From Chloroflexota bacterium (GTDB taxonomy: Bacteria; Chloroflexota; UBA6077; FW602-bin22; JAMCVK01), in contig JAMCVK010000028.1 in NCBI GenBank assembly GCA_023475225.1, positions 9,962 through 73,961 of the forward strand: DNA of 64,000 bases. The letters run 5' to 3'. The notes under the pieces were generated by a model, which made no database searches, had not been told where the DNA came from, and saw only the letters and a program-made list of their open reading frames with translations. How positions within the stretch are numbered: position 1 is the first letter of the stretch; each line of letters starts with the position of its first letter. Shown in pieces: positions 1 to 8,808 of this stretch. The position numbers and the translations under genes are program-made.

Positions 1-1247
1 AGGAAGGAACGCTCACCTTCGTCGAGTTGCTGGGCAGCGGGGTAACAGCCGAGACTACAAACAAAGTGGCCACATATATCCGAGAGCACTCTGGTCCGAA
101 CGATGAGATAGCAGTAGGGGCTCTCCAATATGCCACCCAATCGGGCAGACGTCAAATGCTGGACCTGGCCCACGCCATCAGTTATAATGGCCAGAATCCG
201 GGAGTTGAGCGTCTCAAGATTCATCCCCTAGCAGAAATTATCAGCTATTTTGCCTCCCATCCGGTCAGATACCTGATTGAAGACGACCTCCGACCAGCTT
301 TCCCCTATCTGGATGATATAAAAGAGCTAAATTATAAACTGGTCGCCACCATCAATGGGGTGCGCATCTACGAAAGGGCACCGAATAAGGGTTTCGCTGA
401 GGCTGCTCAGTTTGTAAAAGATAATCGTTCTCCAGCTGATATAGTGCTATCATCCTCCATGCTCGGTCACTTATACCTGGGTTCTTTCAATTTCTTCGCC
501 CTGGAGAAGGGATATGAGAACTATGTAGAGCAACGGGATGGGAAGCTGGTAGATAGATGGAAAGGTGCCCCCTTACTCAAGACCACTGATCAGCTAAAAG
601 AAGTCCTACAGCATCAGGGGCGAGTATGGTTTATTGTCCCGCAGGATAGATATCTGAACAATTACAGCCTCGATTTCAGGCGCTACGTGAGGGAGACGAT
701 GCAGCTGGTCGCCCTTTATGATGGCGTACGCGTTTATGTGCACGATACCCAACGCCAATGGCCTACCGTTCAATTGCCCATGGTCAATCTAGTGAAAAAT
801 GGTGATTTTGAGGGCCTCAATGCCCAGGGGGAACCTAAAGATTGGCTCGCTGATAGCTGGAGGGGTTCTACTCAGTTGCAATCCATAGAGCAAGAGGAAA
901 TGAGGGGGAATGTAGCTAAAATAGCTAAAACTAATGGCGATGGCGGTGCCTCCTACGTCCAGCGCCTGCCTGTAAAGCCTGAGCAAGCATACCATTTCCA
1001 GTGCCGCGTCAAGGGGAGCGGGGCCAGGATTGTGATGGAGTTTTACACCAGTAGCGGCTATCACCTGGAAAGGGCCCTCACCTATGCCCCTAAGGATGGC
1101 CCCATCCCCTCCTCAACTGAATGGCACAACTTCACTTTCGAGGTCGAGGCGCCTGCTGAGGCCGCCACCGTCCTGATTCGCTTGGCCGTCTATGGGGTGA
1201 ACACGGCCTGGTTCGATAACATCGTTTTCAACGAAGTAGAGGAGTGA
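1..1247 (+). CDS. C-terminal part of a large extracytoplasmic protein whose 5' end lies outside the window. It holds a conserved globular region plus a CBM4_9-like carbohydrate-binding domain. It is a paralog of the middle part of the 13986..17924 product.
   Basis: The frame is open from base 3, upstream of the listed TTG at 27. It aligns by eye with the 13986 protein: PNDEIAVGALQYA / PNDEIAAWALQYP, EDDLRPAFPYLDDI / EDGLRPAFPFLDDI, NGDFEG..WRGSTQ..AWFDNIVF / NGSFED..WKGSTQ..AWFRDVAL. Confidence 0.75.
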   Translation, partial: EGTLTFVELLGSGVTAETTNKVATYIREHSGPNDEIAVGALQYATQSGRRQMLDLAHAISYNGQNPGVERLKIHPLAEIISYFASHPVRYLIEDDLRPAFPYLDDIKELNYKLVATINGVRIYERAPNKGFAEAAQFVKDNRSPADIVLSSSMLGHLYLGSFNFFALEKGYENYVEQRDGKLVDRWKGAPLLKTTDQLKEVLQHQGRVWFIVPQDRYLNNYSLDFRRYVRETMQLVALYDGVRVYVHDTQRQWPTVQLPMVNLVKNGDFEGLNAQGEPKDWLADSWRGSTQLQSIEQEEMRGNVAKIAKTNGDGGASYVQRLPVKPEQAYHFQCRVKGSGARIVMEFYTSSGYHLERALTYAPKDGPIPSSTEWHNFTFEVEAPAEAATVLIRLAVYGVNTAWFDNIVFNEVEE

Positions 1248-1248
1248 C

Positions 1249-2436
1249 GTGAATATCCTGATGATTGCCCCGGAGCCCTTCTTTCAGCCACGGGGGACGC
1301 CGTTTAGTATATATTCACGGCTACGGGCTCTCTCTGCTCTTGGCCACAAGATCGACCTGGTTACTTACCATATCGGGCAGAATATTCAGATTGAGGGTGT
1401 CCAGATTCATAGAGCCTATCCTATCCCATTCATCCATCGAGTGAAACCAGGGCCATCTTACAAGAAGGCGCTATTGGACATACCCCTCTTTATCAAGGCC
1501 TTAGCTCTCCTGAGCCGAAAACGCTATGATTACATTCATGCGCACGAAGAGGCCATCTTTTTCGGGGCCATCGCCGCGAAGTTGTTCAATACGCCCTACC
1601 TATACGACATGCATTCTGACCTGGCCGAACAACTCCTTAACTTCGATTTCACCACTAATAGGTTCATTCTGAGTCTGGTCAAAACCGTACAAGGATGGGT
1701 TATCAAGGATGCCGATGTGGTCATCACGATCTCCAGGGATTTGGAGGATAGGGTCAATCTGCTCTACCGAAGCAAACGGGCGGTGTTGATCGAAAACATA
1801 GCCGTTGAGTTGAATGGTCCAGCCGGTCAGGAGGAGATGTGGCGGCTCAGAGAAGAGTTCAGATTAGAGGATAGGGCCATCGTTCTATATACAGGAACTT
1901 TTGAGCCTTACCAGGGGCTAGATCTATTGATTCGCAGCCTACCCCTCGTAGCCGAACGACATCCCGAGGTGATCTATCTACTTGTCGGTGGCGAACCCGC
2001 TCAGATCGAAGCACTGGCTCAGCTGGCAGAACATGTGGGACAAGGAGAGAGGGTCATCTTCGCAGGTAGCCGCCCGGTCAGCGAGATGGCTGCCTTTATG
2101 GAACTAGCCCACATCCTCGTCTCACCCCGAAGCTCAGGTACCAATACACCCCTGAAGATATATTCCTATCTTCAGTCGGGCAAGCCAATCATCGCCACAA
2201 ACCTGCCCACCCACACCCAGGCTCTGAATAGTTCCGCGGCCTTGCTTGTTGAGCCTACCGAGCAGGCTCTAGCTGAAGGCATCATTCGTCTCTTGGAAGA
2301 TGCAAATCTGCGCGAGGAATTGGGTAGGAAGGGGAAAACTTTCAACGAGTCCAGATACAATAGCCAAAGCTTCCTTATCAAAGTCAAGGAGATTTGCGAT
2401 TACCTGGAATCAAAGAGGCATGCCAAATTTCCTTAA
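1249..2436 (+). CDS. Glycosyltransferase, GT4 (GT-B fold) family.
   Basis: 395 aa. GTG start 1 nt after the upstream stop, preceded by GAGGAG. GT4-type C-terminal half (GTFEPYQGLDLL..VGGEP...SPRSSGTNTPLKIYSYLQSGKPIIATN). Confidence 0.8.
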   Translation: MNILMIAPEPFFQPRGTPFSIYSRLRALSALGHKIDLVTYHIGQNIQIEGVQIHRAYPIPFIHRVKPGPSYKKALLDIPLFIKALALLSRKRYDYIHAHEEAIFFGAIAAKLFNTPYLYDMHSDLAEQLLNFDFTTNRFILSLVKTVQGWVIKDADVVITISRDLEDRVNLLYRSKRAVLIENIAVELNGPAGQEEMWRLREEFRLEDRAIVLYTGTFEPYQGLDLLIRSLPLVAERHPEVIYLLVGGEPAQIEALAQLAEHVGQGERVIFAGSRPVSEMAAFMELAHILVSPRSSGTNTPLKIYSYLQSGKPIIATNLPTHTQALNSSAALLVEPTEQALAEGIIRLLEDANLREELGRKGKTFNESRYNSQSFLIKVKEICDYLESKRHAKFP

Positions 2437-2582
2437 CCAGTCCAGATCGATTCTGCGGTAAGACGGTCATTGCCAGATGGCTCATTTCGGGCATCTTGGT
2501 TCTATAACAGAGATCACTCTGTATTGATGAGTGGCTGTATTCCAAAGGGGACGTAATAGCCCTACATTAAAAAGGAGCATCA

Positions 2583-4031
2583 TTGATAGATGTATTGCTA
2601 GTGAACCCTCCCTCGGATTTGGAGAGGTCTTATGGGAGGATGGCGAGGGTTCAGGTTGCCCAGGTACCGATGGGCATCGCTTACCTGGCCGCCGTCCTGG
2701 AGAAACATCAGGTAAGCGTTGCGGTCATCGATGCCTACGCCCTGGGGGTAGGACTGACCACTATTAGGGATACTATCGCTGAACATAGGCCCAAGATAGT
2801 TGGCTTCTCCTGTCTGACACCAAACGCACCGATCGTTTATCAAATGACGCAGGCTATAAAGGAACAATTTCCTTGGCTGATCGTAGTAATGGGAAACACC
2901 CATCCTAGCGTCTTCGCGGCTGAGACCTTGCGTGAGGGTTTTGCCGACGTCATCGTACACGGTGAAGGAGAGTATTCCTTGCTCGAACTTACTCAAGCAA
3001 TCCTTGGAGGAGCCGCCTTTGACTCTATCAAAGGTATATCATACCGGGAGGTGGATAGCCTCAGACATAACCCTCCCCGGGAACGGATCTTGAACCTAGA
3101 TGAGCTACCCTTCCCGGCCAGGCATCTCCTCCCTATGACTAGGTACCACCTAGCACCCCACGGCGTGATTAAGGAACCTGTAGCTACGATGTTGGCTACG
3201 AGGGGGTGCCCTAACCAGTGCACCTTCTGTTCCATTGGCATGGGTAGAAGATACCGCAAGAGGAGCCCCAAGAATATCGTCGATGAAATGGAGTTTTTGG
3301 TCAAGGAATATCGGGTTAGACAGATTTCCTTCCTCGATGCCCTATTTCCTCTAGGAAAACAGTTTGGTAAAGCTGTCTGCGCTGAAATCATTCAAAGAGG
3401 GCTGCAAAGGAGGTCCATTTGGACCTGCGAGACCAGGGTTAACGCTGTAGACTTAGAACTGTTAGAAGCGATGAGGGAAGCCGGCTGTGCCAGGATAGCC
3501 TTTGGCATCGAAGCCGGCTCCCAGCAGTTGCTGGATGGGATCAAGAAGGGGTTTACATTGGAGGAAGTCAGACAAGCCGTCAAATACGCCAGGCAGGTAG
3601 GACTATCGACAGTCGGACTTTTCATGCTGGGGTTGCCTGGAGAGACCACCGAGCTGAGCCGCCAGACCATAGATTTCGCCTTGGGGCTCAACCTGGATTT
3701 TGCCAAGTTCAACATCACTGTGCCCTATCCAGGTTCTGAACTCTTTGAGCAAGCCAAAGGTGAAGGGCGCATAAAGCTGCACGACTGGAGCCAATTTACC
3801 AGCTATCCGTTGTACGCTAAAAGCGAGCCAGTCTACGTTCCGGCGGGCATGACGGAAGAGGAGCTGACCACCCTCCAGGCGGAGGCCCTTCGCCGCTTCT
3901 ACCTCCGCCCCCGCCTCATCCTGCGCCACCTATGTCAGGTCAGGAGTCTGAACGCCAGCGGATATCTAGCGGGATTGATGATGCTATGGGAACCACTTTG
4001 GACTAAAGTAAAGAGGCTAATGGTTTCCTAA
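2583..4031 (+). CDS. B12-binding-domain radical SAM protein (class B rSAM, candidate methylase).
   Basis: 482 aa. TTG start 6 nt after AAGGAG (2572-2577). N-terminal Rossmann-like B12-binding region (IDVLLVNPP...VAVIDAY). Cluster motif RGCPNQCTFCS (CxxxCxxC). Confidence 0.8.
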   Translation: MIDVLLVNPPSDLERSYGRMARVQVAQVPMGIAYLAAVLEKHQVSVAVIDAYALGVGLTTIRDTIAEHRPKIVGFSCLTPNAPIVYQMTQAIKEQFPWLIVVMGNTHPSVFAAETLREGFADVIVHGEGEYSLLELTQAILGGAAFDSIKGISYREVDSLRHNPPRERILNLDELPFPARHLLPMTRYHLAPHGVIKEPVATMLATRGCPNQCTFCSIGMGRRYRKRSPKNIVDEMEFLVKEYRVRQISFLDALFPLGKQFGKAVCAEIIQRGLQRRSIWTCETRVNAVDLELLEAMREAGCARIAFGIEAGSQQLLDGIKKGFTLEEVRQAVKYARQVGLSTVGLFMLGLPGETTELSRQTIDFALGLNLDFAKFNITVPYPGSELFEQAKGEGRIKLHDWSQFTSYPLYAKSEPVYVPAGMTEEELTTLQAEALRRFYLRPRLILRHLCQVRSLNASGYLAGLMMLWEPLWTKVKRLMVS

Positions 4032-4073
4032 AATGTCCATTCTCATTGTAACCCAAGGGTAGAGGAATCCACA

Positions 4074-5966
4074 GTGTGTGGTATTTGTGGCCTCTATATA
4101 AGACAGACAAGGGATCAACCCAGTGAGGCCCTGCTGCGCCGCATGACCGATACGCTCGCCCACCGCGGCCCAGACGATGCTGGAGTATTTCTGGATCAAC
4201 AGGTGGGTCTTGGCCATCGTCGCCTAAGCATCATCGACCTGGAAACTGGGCACCAGCCCATATTTAACGAGGACAAGACCCTGGCCATCGTCTGCAATGG
4301 GGAAATCTATAACTACCAAGAGTTGCGGACAGAGCTAAAGGGAAAAGGACATCTCTTCCACACGCAGAGCGACACAGAGGTCATCATCCACCTTTATGAG
4401 GAAAAGGGCGTCGACTGTCTATCTCATCTGCGGGGGATGTTCGCCTTTGCCCTTTGGGACGGCCTAACAAGGACCCTATTCTTGGCCCGGGACCGCCTGG
4501 GCATTAAGCCCCTCTTTTATGCCCTGGGGCCGCAAGGGCTGGTCTTTGGCTCGGAACTGAAGGCTATCTTACAGGCGGAGTGGGCGCCCAGGGATATAGA
4601 CGTAGAGGCACTCCATCACTACCTGCTATTCGATTACATCGCCGCACCCCATACTATCTTCCAGGCCGTCAAGAAGCTTCCCCCAGCTCATTACCTCCTG
4701 GCCCAGGGCGATCAGGCGAGCGTAGAACCCTATTGGGAGCTGGCTATGAATGAACCTCTCGTCAGGGGTGAGGAAGAGACGGCCGAATTGCTCCGCAGTA
4801 CGCTTCAGTCCGTAGTTAAGGAGCACCTGGTAAGCGATGTGCCCGTGGGTGCCTTCTTGAGCGGCGGAATAGACTCCAGTTCCGTGGTGGCTCTTATGGC
4901 CAGGGCTATGGATCAGCCAGTGAAGACCTTCTCCATCGGCTTTGAGGATCAATCTTATAACGAGTTGCCCTACGCCCGCCTCGTGGCCGAACGCTTCCAG
5001 ACTGAGCACCGTGAGGAGCTCGTCAAACCAAATATGGTTGACCTGGTGCCTAAATTGATAGAATATGTCGATGAGCCCTTTGCCGATACATCTCTCATCC
5101 CCACCTATCTTGTTTCTTCGCTGGCCAGGAAGGAGGTGAAGGTGGTGCTCTCTGGCGACGGAGGCGATGAGCTCTTCGGCGGTTACGACAACTACCTCGC
5201 TCAACGCCTCGATCGTTACTACAGGCTGCTGCCAAACCCAGTCAGAAATCTGATCACCCAGTCTCTGGAGAGAATACCACCCTCCCCGGCCAAGAAGGGT
5301 ATCATCAATAAACTGAAGAGGTTCGTGGAGGGCTCAAACCTGCCGGAAGAGGGGAGACATTGCCGCTGGATGACCTTCTTCTCGCCCGAAGAGCTGCTAG
5401 ACGTCTGCTCGGCAGAATTAAGATCAGAGATGAAGTCCATCGATTTTTACGGTGCCTTTCAGGACTATTTCAACCAAGTAAGGGATGAAGACCCCTTGCG
5501 CCAGGCTATGTTTGTGGACATCAAGACCTGGATCCCCGATGATATCCTGGCCAAGGTGGACCGCATGAGCATGGCCGTGGGGCTGGAGGCGAGGGTGCCC
5601 CTTTTGGATCACGCCTTCGTGGAGTTCGCCGCCCAAATCCCCTCCGTTTACAAAGTGAAGGGACTGGACAGAAAGCATATCTTAAAGAAGGCGATGCAGG
5701 GGATGCTACCTGGGGCGATCCTCAACCGCAAGGAAAAGCAGGGATTCAGCATACCGATCAAGAACTGGCTCAGGCATGATCTAAAAGAGATGTTAATGGA
5801 CACCCTTTCCCCAGAGAGAGTAGCCAGAAGGGGATTCTTCTCCCCAAACTACGTCTCCAGGATTGTCCATGAGCACCTGGAGGAAACGCACGACCACTGG
5901 CATCGGCTCTGGGCCCTGCTCGTATTTGACCTGTGGAGCGACGGATATAATGTCTCACTCAGTTGA
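4074..5966 (+). CDS. asnB: Asparagine synthase family amidotransferase (glutamine-hydrolysing, AsnB/WbpS-like).
   Basis: 630 aa. N-terminus MCGICG supplies the class-II glutaminase Cys after Met removal. PP-loop SGGIDSS in the synthetase domain. Confidence 0.85.
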   Translation: MCGICGLYIRQTRDQPSEALLRRMTDTLAHRGPDDAGVFLDQQVGLGHRRLSIIDLETGHQPIFNEDKTLAIVCNGEIYNYQELRTELKGKGHLFHTQSDTEVIIHLYEEKGVDCLSHLRGMFAFALWDGLTRTLFLARDRLGIKPLFYALGPQGLVFGSELKAILQAEWAPRDIDVEALHHYLLFDYIAAPHTIFQAVKKLPPAHYLLAQGDQASVEPYWELAMNEPLVRGEEETAELLRSTLQSVVKEHLVSDVPVGAFLSGGIDSSSVVALMARAMDQPVKTFSIGFEDQSYNELPYARLVAERFQTEHREELVKPNMVDLVPKLIEYVDEPFADTSLIPTYLVSSLARKEVKVVLSGDGGDELFGGYDNYLAQRLDRYYRLLPNPVRNLITQSLERIPPSPAKKGIINKLKRFVEGSNLPEEGRHCRWMTFFSPEELLDVCSAELRSEMKSIDFYGAFQDYFNQVRDEDPLRQAMFVDIKTWIPDDILAKVDRMSMAVGLEARVPLLDHAFVEFAAQIPSVYKVKGLDRKHILKKAMQGMLPGAILNRKEKQGFSIPIKNWLRHDLKEMLMDTLSPERVARRGFFSPNYVSRIVHEHLEETHDHWHRLWALLVFDLWSDGYNVSLS

Positions 5967-6738
5967 CCGATCAACCGAAGCAGTGAGTCGCTTTTACGAC
6001 CTGGTCTGGTCTCGCTATGTCCCTGAATACGAGGCCTCCCGAAGGCATCTGGAGTTGTTTTTGAGCGATGCAGAGCTCAGGGGGAAGAGGGTTCTCGACG
6101 CCGGGTGTGGAACCGGTATATTCAGCCTGATTATGGGCCATAAAGGAGCAACTGAGGTAATAGGGATTGATATTAGTGAGGGTAGTCTCACCACCGCCAA
6201 TCAACTGGCACACGCAATGGAGATAAGCAACGTCCGATTTATGCCTGGGGATATGCTGGCTCTCCAATTTCCCGATAACAGCTTTGATCTAATTTGGGCT
6301 TGGCGCTCTGTACATCACACCACTGATCCATGGCGAGCGATGACTGAATTAGTGCGGGTAGCTAAGGATGAGGCAACGATCGTTCTGGCCCTTTACAAAC
6401 AGACAAACCTAACATGGCTGCATAACGGTATAAGACAGTTCTGTTTACGGTTACCGCAGCCTCTGTGGCAGCCAATCTCCAAGCTGCTGGCGCTAGCATT
6501 TTATCCCCTGGTCAAAATCAAGGAGGTATTCAGGAAGAAGGCACGCCAAGGTGAGAAGCTAGAGGAGCTGTTCTTAGATTGGTGTTTTGTACCCATCAGG
6601 CATCACTTTCGCCCGGAGGATGTCAGGCACTTCCTGAAGCAAAATGGATTCAAGATCGACAAGTTCCTCCCTGGCTCAGGCCGCTTCGAAAGCTCATCTA
6701 ATTTCATCTTTAAGGCTAAGAGGGAACTCAGAAAATGA
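5950..6738 (+). CDS. Class I SAM-dependent methyltransferase.
   Basis: Motif I VLDAGCGTGIFS. The ATG at 5950 is preferred over the listed 5863, which lies deep inside asnB. It overlaps the asnB stop by 17 nt. Confidence 0.75.
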   Translation: MSHSVDRSTEAVSRFYDLVWSRYVPEYEASRRHLELFLSDAELRGKRVLDAGCGTGIFSLIMGHKGATEVIGIDISEGSLTTANQLAHAMEISNVRFMPGDMLALQFPDNSFDLIWAWRSVHHTTDPWRAMTELVRVAKDEATIVLALYKQTNLTWLHNGIRQFCLRLPQPLWQPISKLLALAFYPLVKIKEVFRKKARQGEKLEELFLDWCFVPIRHHFRPEDVRHFLKQNGFKIDKFLPGSGRFESSSNFIFKAKRELRK

Positions 6739-6932
6739 GGGTGGCTGTAATCAAACAAAGCGAATGTGTCGGCAAGTGGTGCACCGCTTGTGCTGAGGCC
6801 TGTCCAAATCAGGCCATAGATGCTAGCGGAGATATAGCTTTCGTTGATGTTAATGCCTGCGACGGCTGTGGAATATGCCTGGATGAGTGCCCCAACTGGG
6901 CCATAACCCTTGAGGAGACCGCTGATGCTTAG
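6735..6932 (+). CDS. Small 2x[4Fe-4S] ferredoxin.
   Basis: 65 aa with two cluster motifs, CvgkwCtaCaeaCP and CdgCgiCldeCP. The start overlaps the upstream stop as ATGA. Confidence 0.8.
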   Translation: MRVAVIKQSECVGKWCTACAEACPNQAIDASGDIAFVDVNACDGCGICLDECPNWAITLEETADA

Positions 6933-8046
6933 ACCCGCAAATTTGACTCCTTCTTTTTATAGTGATCTCATCGCTCTTCAAGAGGGAATACGTTTTCTCC
7001 GTGAGCACCAGCCACGCCAAATCTGGAACGCCTTCAAATACTTAATCAATCTGAACCGGCCGCTGACTAGGGTTACCTGGAATCCAGTGGACATCACCAT
7101 CTTAATTGAGAGTCGCTGTAATCAACGCTGCCGCTTCTGCCTTTGGCACTCCAAAGACCTGCCCCGGCCCTATCTCCCCTATCACCTCAGTTTTGAGGAT
7201 TACCGTAGAATCGTGGATATCTTCGCTGAACGAGACGTTGCCCATGTCCACATATGCGCTGCAGGCGAGATATTTTTCAATAAAGACCTATTCAAAATGA
7301 TTGAATACACCCGCCAAAAGAAAATCACCGTCTCTATGATGAGCAACTGTTCTAGCGTTGTCACCCCCTATATAGACCAGATCGCCACCTGTGGTATTAA
7401 CCGTTTCCTAACAAACCTCGACAGCGGGGACCCTCAACAATATGAACATCTCCGCCAGCGGGCCAGCTGGCAGACGACGACCGAGAACATCAGACGCTTA
7501 GTCGCTGCCCGCCAACGAGCTCGGGCGAACTTCCGTATCCAGGTAGATTGCATAACTATCCGCCAAAACTACCATACCTACAAAAATCTGGTGAAGGTGT
7601 GTGCTGACCTTGGTATAGATGATTTATTCTTCTACTACATGACCCCCTATCCAGATATGAACGAGATTGTTGTGCCTGAAAGTATCATCAAAGAAGATGA
7701 GATTGAGATCGTGCAAGAGATCGACGAGGCCATCGCTTTGGGACAGAAGCTGGGGCTGCGCGTTTTCCCACCGAAATTCCCCAAGAAATCCGCTCGAAGA
7801 GTAACCTGTAGCAATCTCTGGCGCAAGCTGGTTGTCAACTTGCTTAACGAAAAGATTCCACCAGAGCGCTGGATCGGGAATATCACTACCAACTGCTCTT
7901 TGGCCCATTTGGGTGAGGCCTATACCCTTGGCAACATCCTGCAAGACCCCTTTGAGGAGATATGGAATGGGGAGAAGATCAGGTCATTGAGGGAAAGGAT
8001 GCTGACCGATGCTCCCCAAATTTGTAAGGAGTGTCCTAACCTTTAG
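6925..8046 (+). CDS. Radical SAM protein with a SPASM/twitch-like C-terminal Cys domain.
   Basis: Cluster motif SRCNQRCRFC (CxxxCxxC). C-terminal region ..C..C..GNILQDPFEEIWNG...CKECPNL. ATG at 6925 lies 7 nt after GAGGAG. The listed TTG at 6910 is an alternative start. Confidence 0.75.
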   Translation: MLRPANLTPSFYSDLIALQEGIRFLREHQPRQIWNAFKYLINLNRPLTRVTWNPVDITILIESRCNQRCRFCLWHSKDLPRPYLPYHLSFEDYRRIVDIFAERDVAHVHICAAGEIFFNKDLFKMIEYTRQKKITVSMMSNCSSVVTPYIDQIATCGINRFLTNLDSGDPQQYEHLRQRASWQTTTENIRRLVAARQRARANFRIQVDCITIRQNYHTYKNLVKVCADLGIDDLFFYYMTPYPDMNEIVVPESIIKEDEIEIVQEIDEAIALGQKLGLRVFPPKFPKKSARRVTCSNLWRKLVVNLLNEKIPPERWIGNITTNCSLAHLGEAYTLGNILQDPFEEIWNGEKIRSLRERMLTDAPQICKECPNL

Positions 8047-8070
8047 ATTCCAATAAAGGTAAAGGAAGAG

Positions 8071-8808
8071 ATGACGTCGACAGACATCGAGAACGAACGC
8101 GCCTTTTTCGACCGCTTAGCCAGGTTGGATAGTTATTGTGAAAACACGGAATCGGACTTTGCCGAAATCTGTCACCGATTGCTTGACTCGTACGGGCAGC
8201 TACGCATATTGGACGTAGGATGTGGACTGGGCACTAATAGCCTTAGGTTGGCTAGGATGGGACACACCGTGATTGGCATTGACATCTCGTGGGAGGCTGT
8301 GAAGACGGCCGTAAGAAGGGCTCTTTTACAAGGATTGGATGCAAAATTTCTGGTGCAGGATGCGCGCTACCTATCCTTTCCACCGGATTCTTTTGACCTC
8401 TGTTTTTGCGGTGGTTTATTGCACCATCTCCCAGACCTTCAGCCCGTAGCACGGGAGCTCTTCTGTGTCCTGAAGGATGGGGGGATGGTATGCTCCTACG
8501 ATCCAAATGCCCTCCATCCCTACGTCCGGCTAGTACAGAAGTTGCGGGCATGGGGATTGGGCCGCAAGCGTCATACAAAGGAGGAACGTGCTCTTACTCC
8601 CGCGGAGATACAGGCCGGCTTCGCAGCCGCCGGTTTCAAGGACTTCCAATTTCAGACGATGATCTTTCTTTCCCAAAAGAAGAACGTCGTCTATCGGGAG
8701 ATATTATTACTGTTGCTGCGGATTTATTACAGGTTCGGGAACGGCTTAGGCAAAGGCAATGCCTTGCTAATGTCTTGTATCAAGAGGGGAAATCACCGAT
8801 CGAGATGA
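8071..8808 (+). CDS. Class I SAM-dependent methyltransferase.
   Basis: 245 aa. Motif I ILDVGCGLGTNS. Shine-Dalgarno-like AAGGAAG upstream. Confidence 0.75.
   Translation: MTSTDIENERAFFDRLARLDSYCENTESDFAEICHRLLDSYGQLRILDVGCGLGTNSLRLARMGHTVIGIDISWEAVKTAVRRALLQGLDAKFLVQDARYLSFPPDSFDLCFCGGLLHHLPDLQPVARELFCVLKDGGMVCSYDPNALHPYVRLVQKLRAWGLGRKRHTKEERALTPAEIQAGFAAAGFKDFQFQTMIFLSQKKNVVYREILLLLLRIYYRFGNGLGKGNALLMSCIKRGNHRSR

Noticed and set aside
2477-2527. A 16-codon ORF (MAHFGHLGSITEITLY) upstream of the first B12-rSAM. I considered it as a possible RiPP precursor, which would make the rSAM/AsnB cassette a peptide-modification cluster. AsnB homologs serve as lasso cyclases, and B12-rSAM and SPASM enzymes modify peptides.
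   Set aside because: The ORF has no Shine-Dalgarno sequence and is very short. The AsnB protein keeps the full glutaminase domain with its N-terminal Cys, as sugar amidotransferases do. The cassette is flanked on both sides by glycosyltransferases and an exporter for polysaccharide. I keep this only as the alternative hypothesis under the cassette finding.
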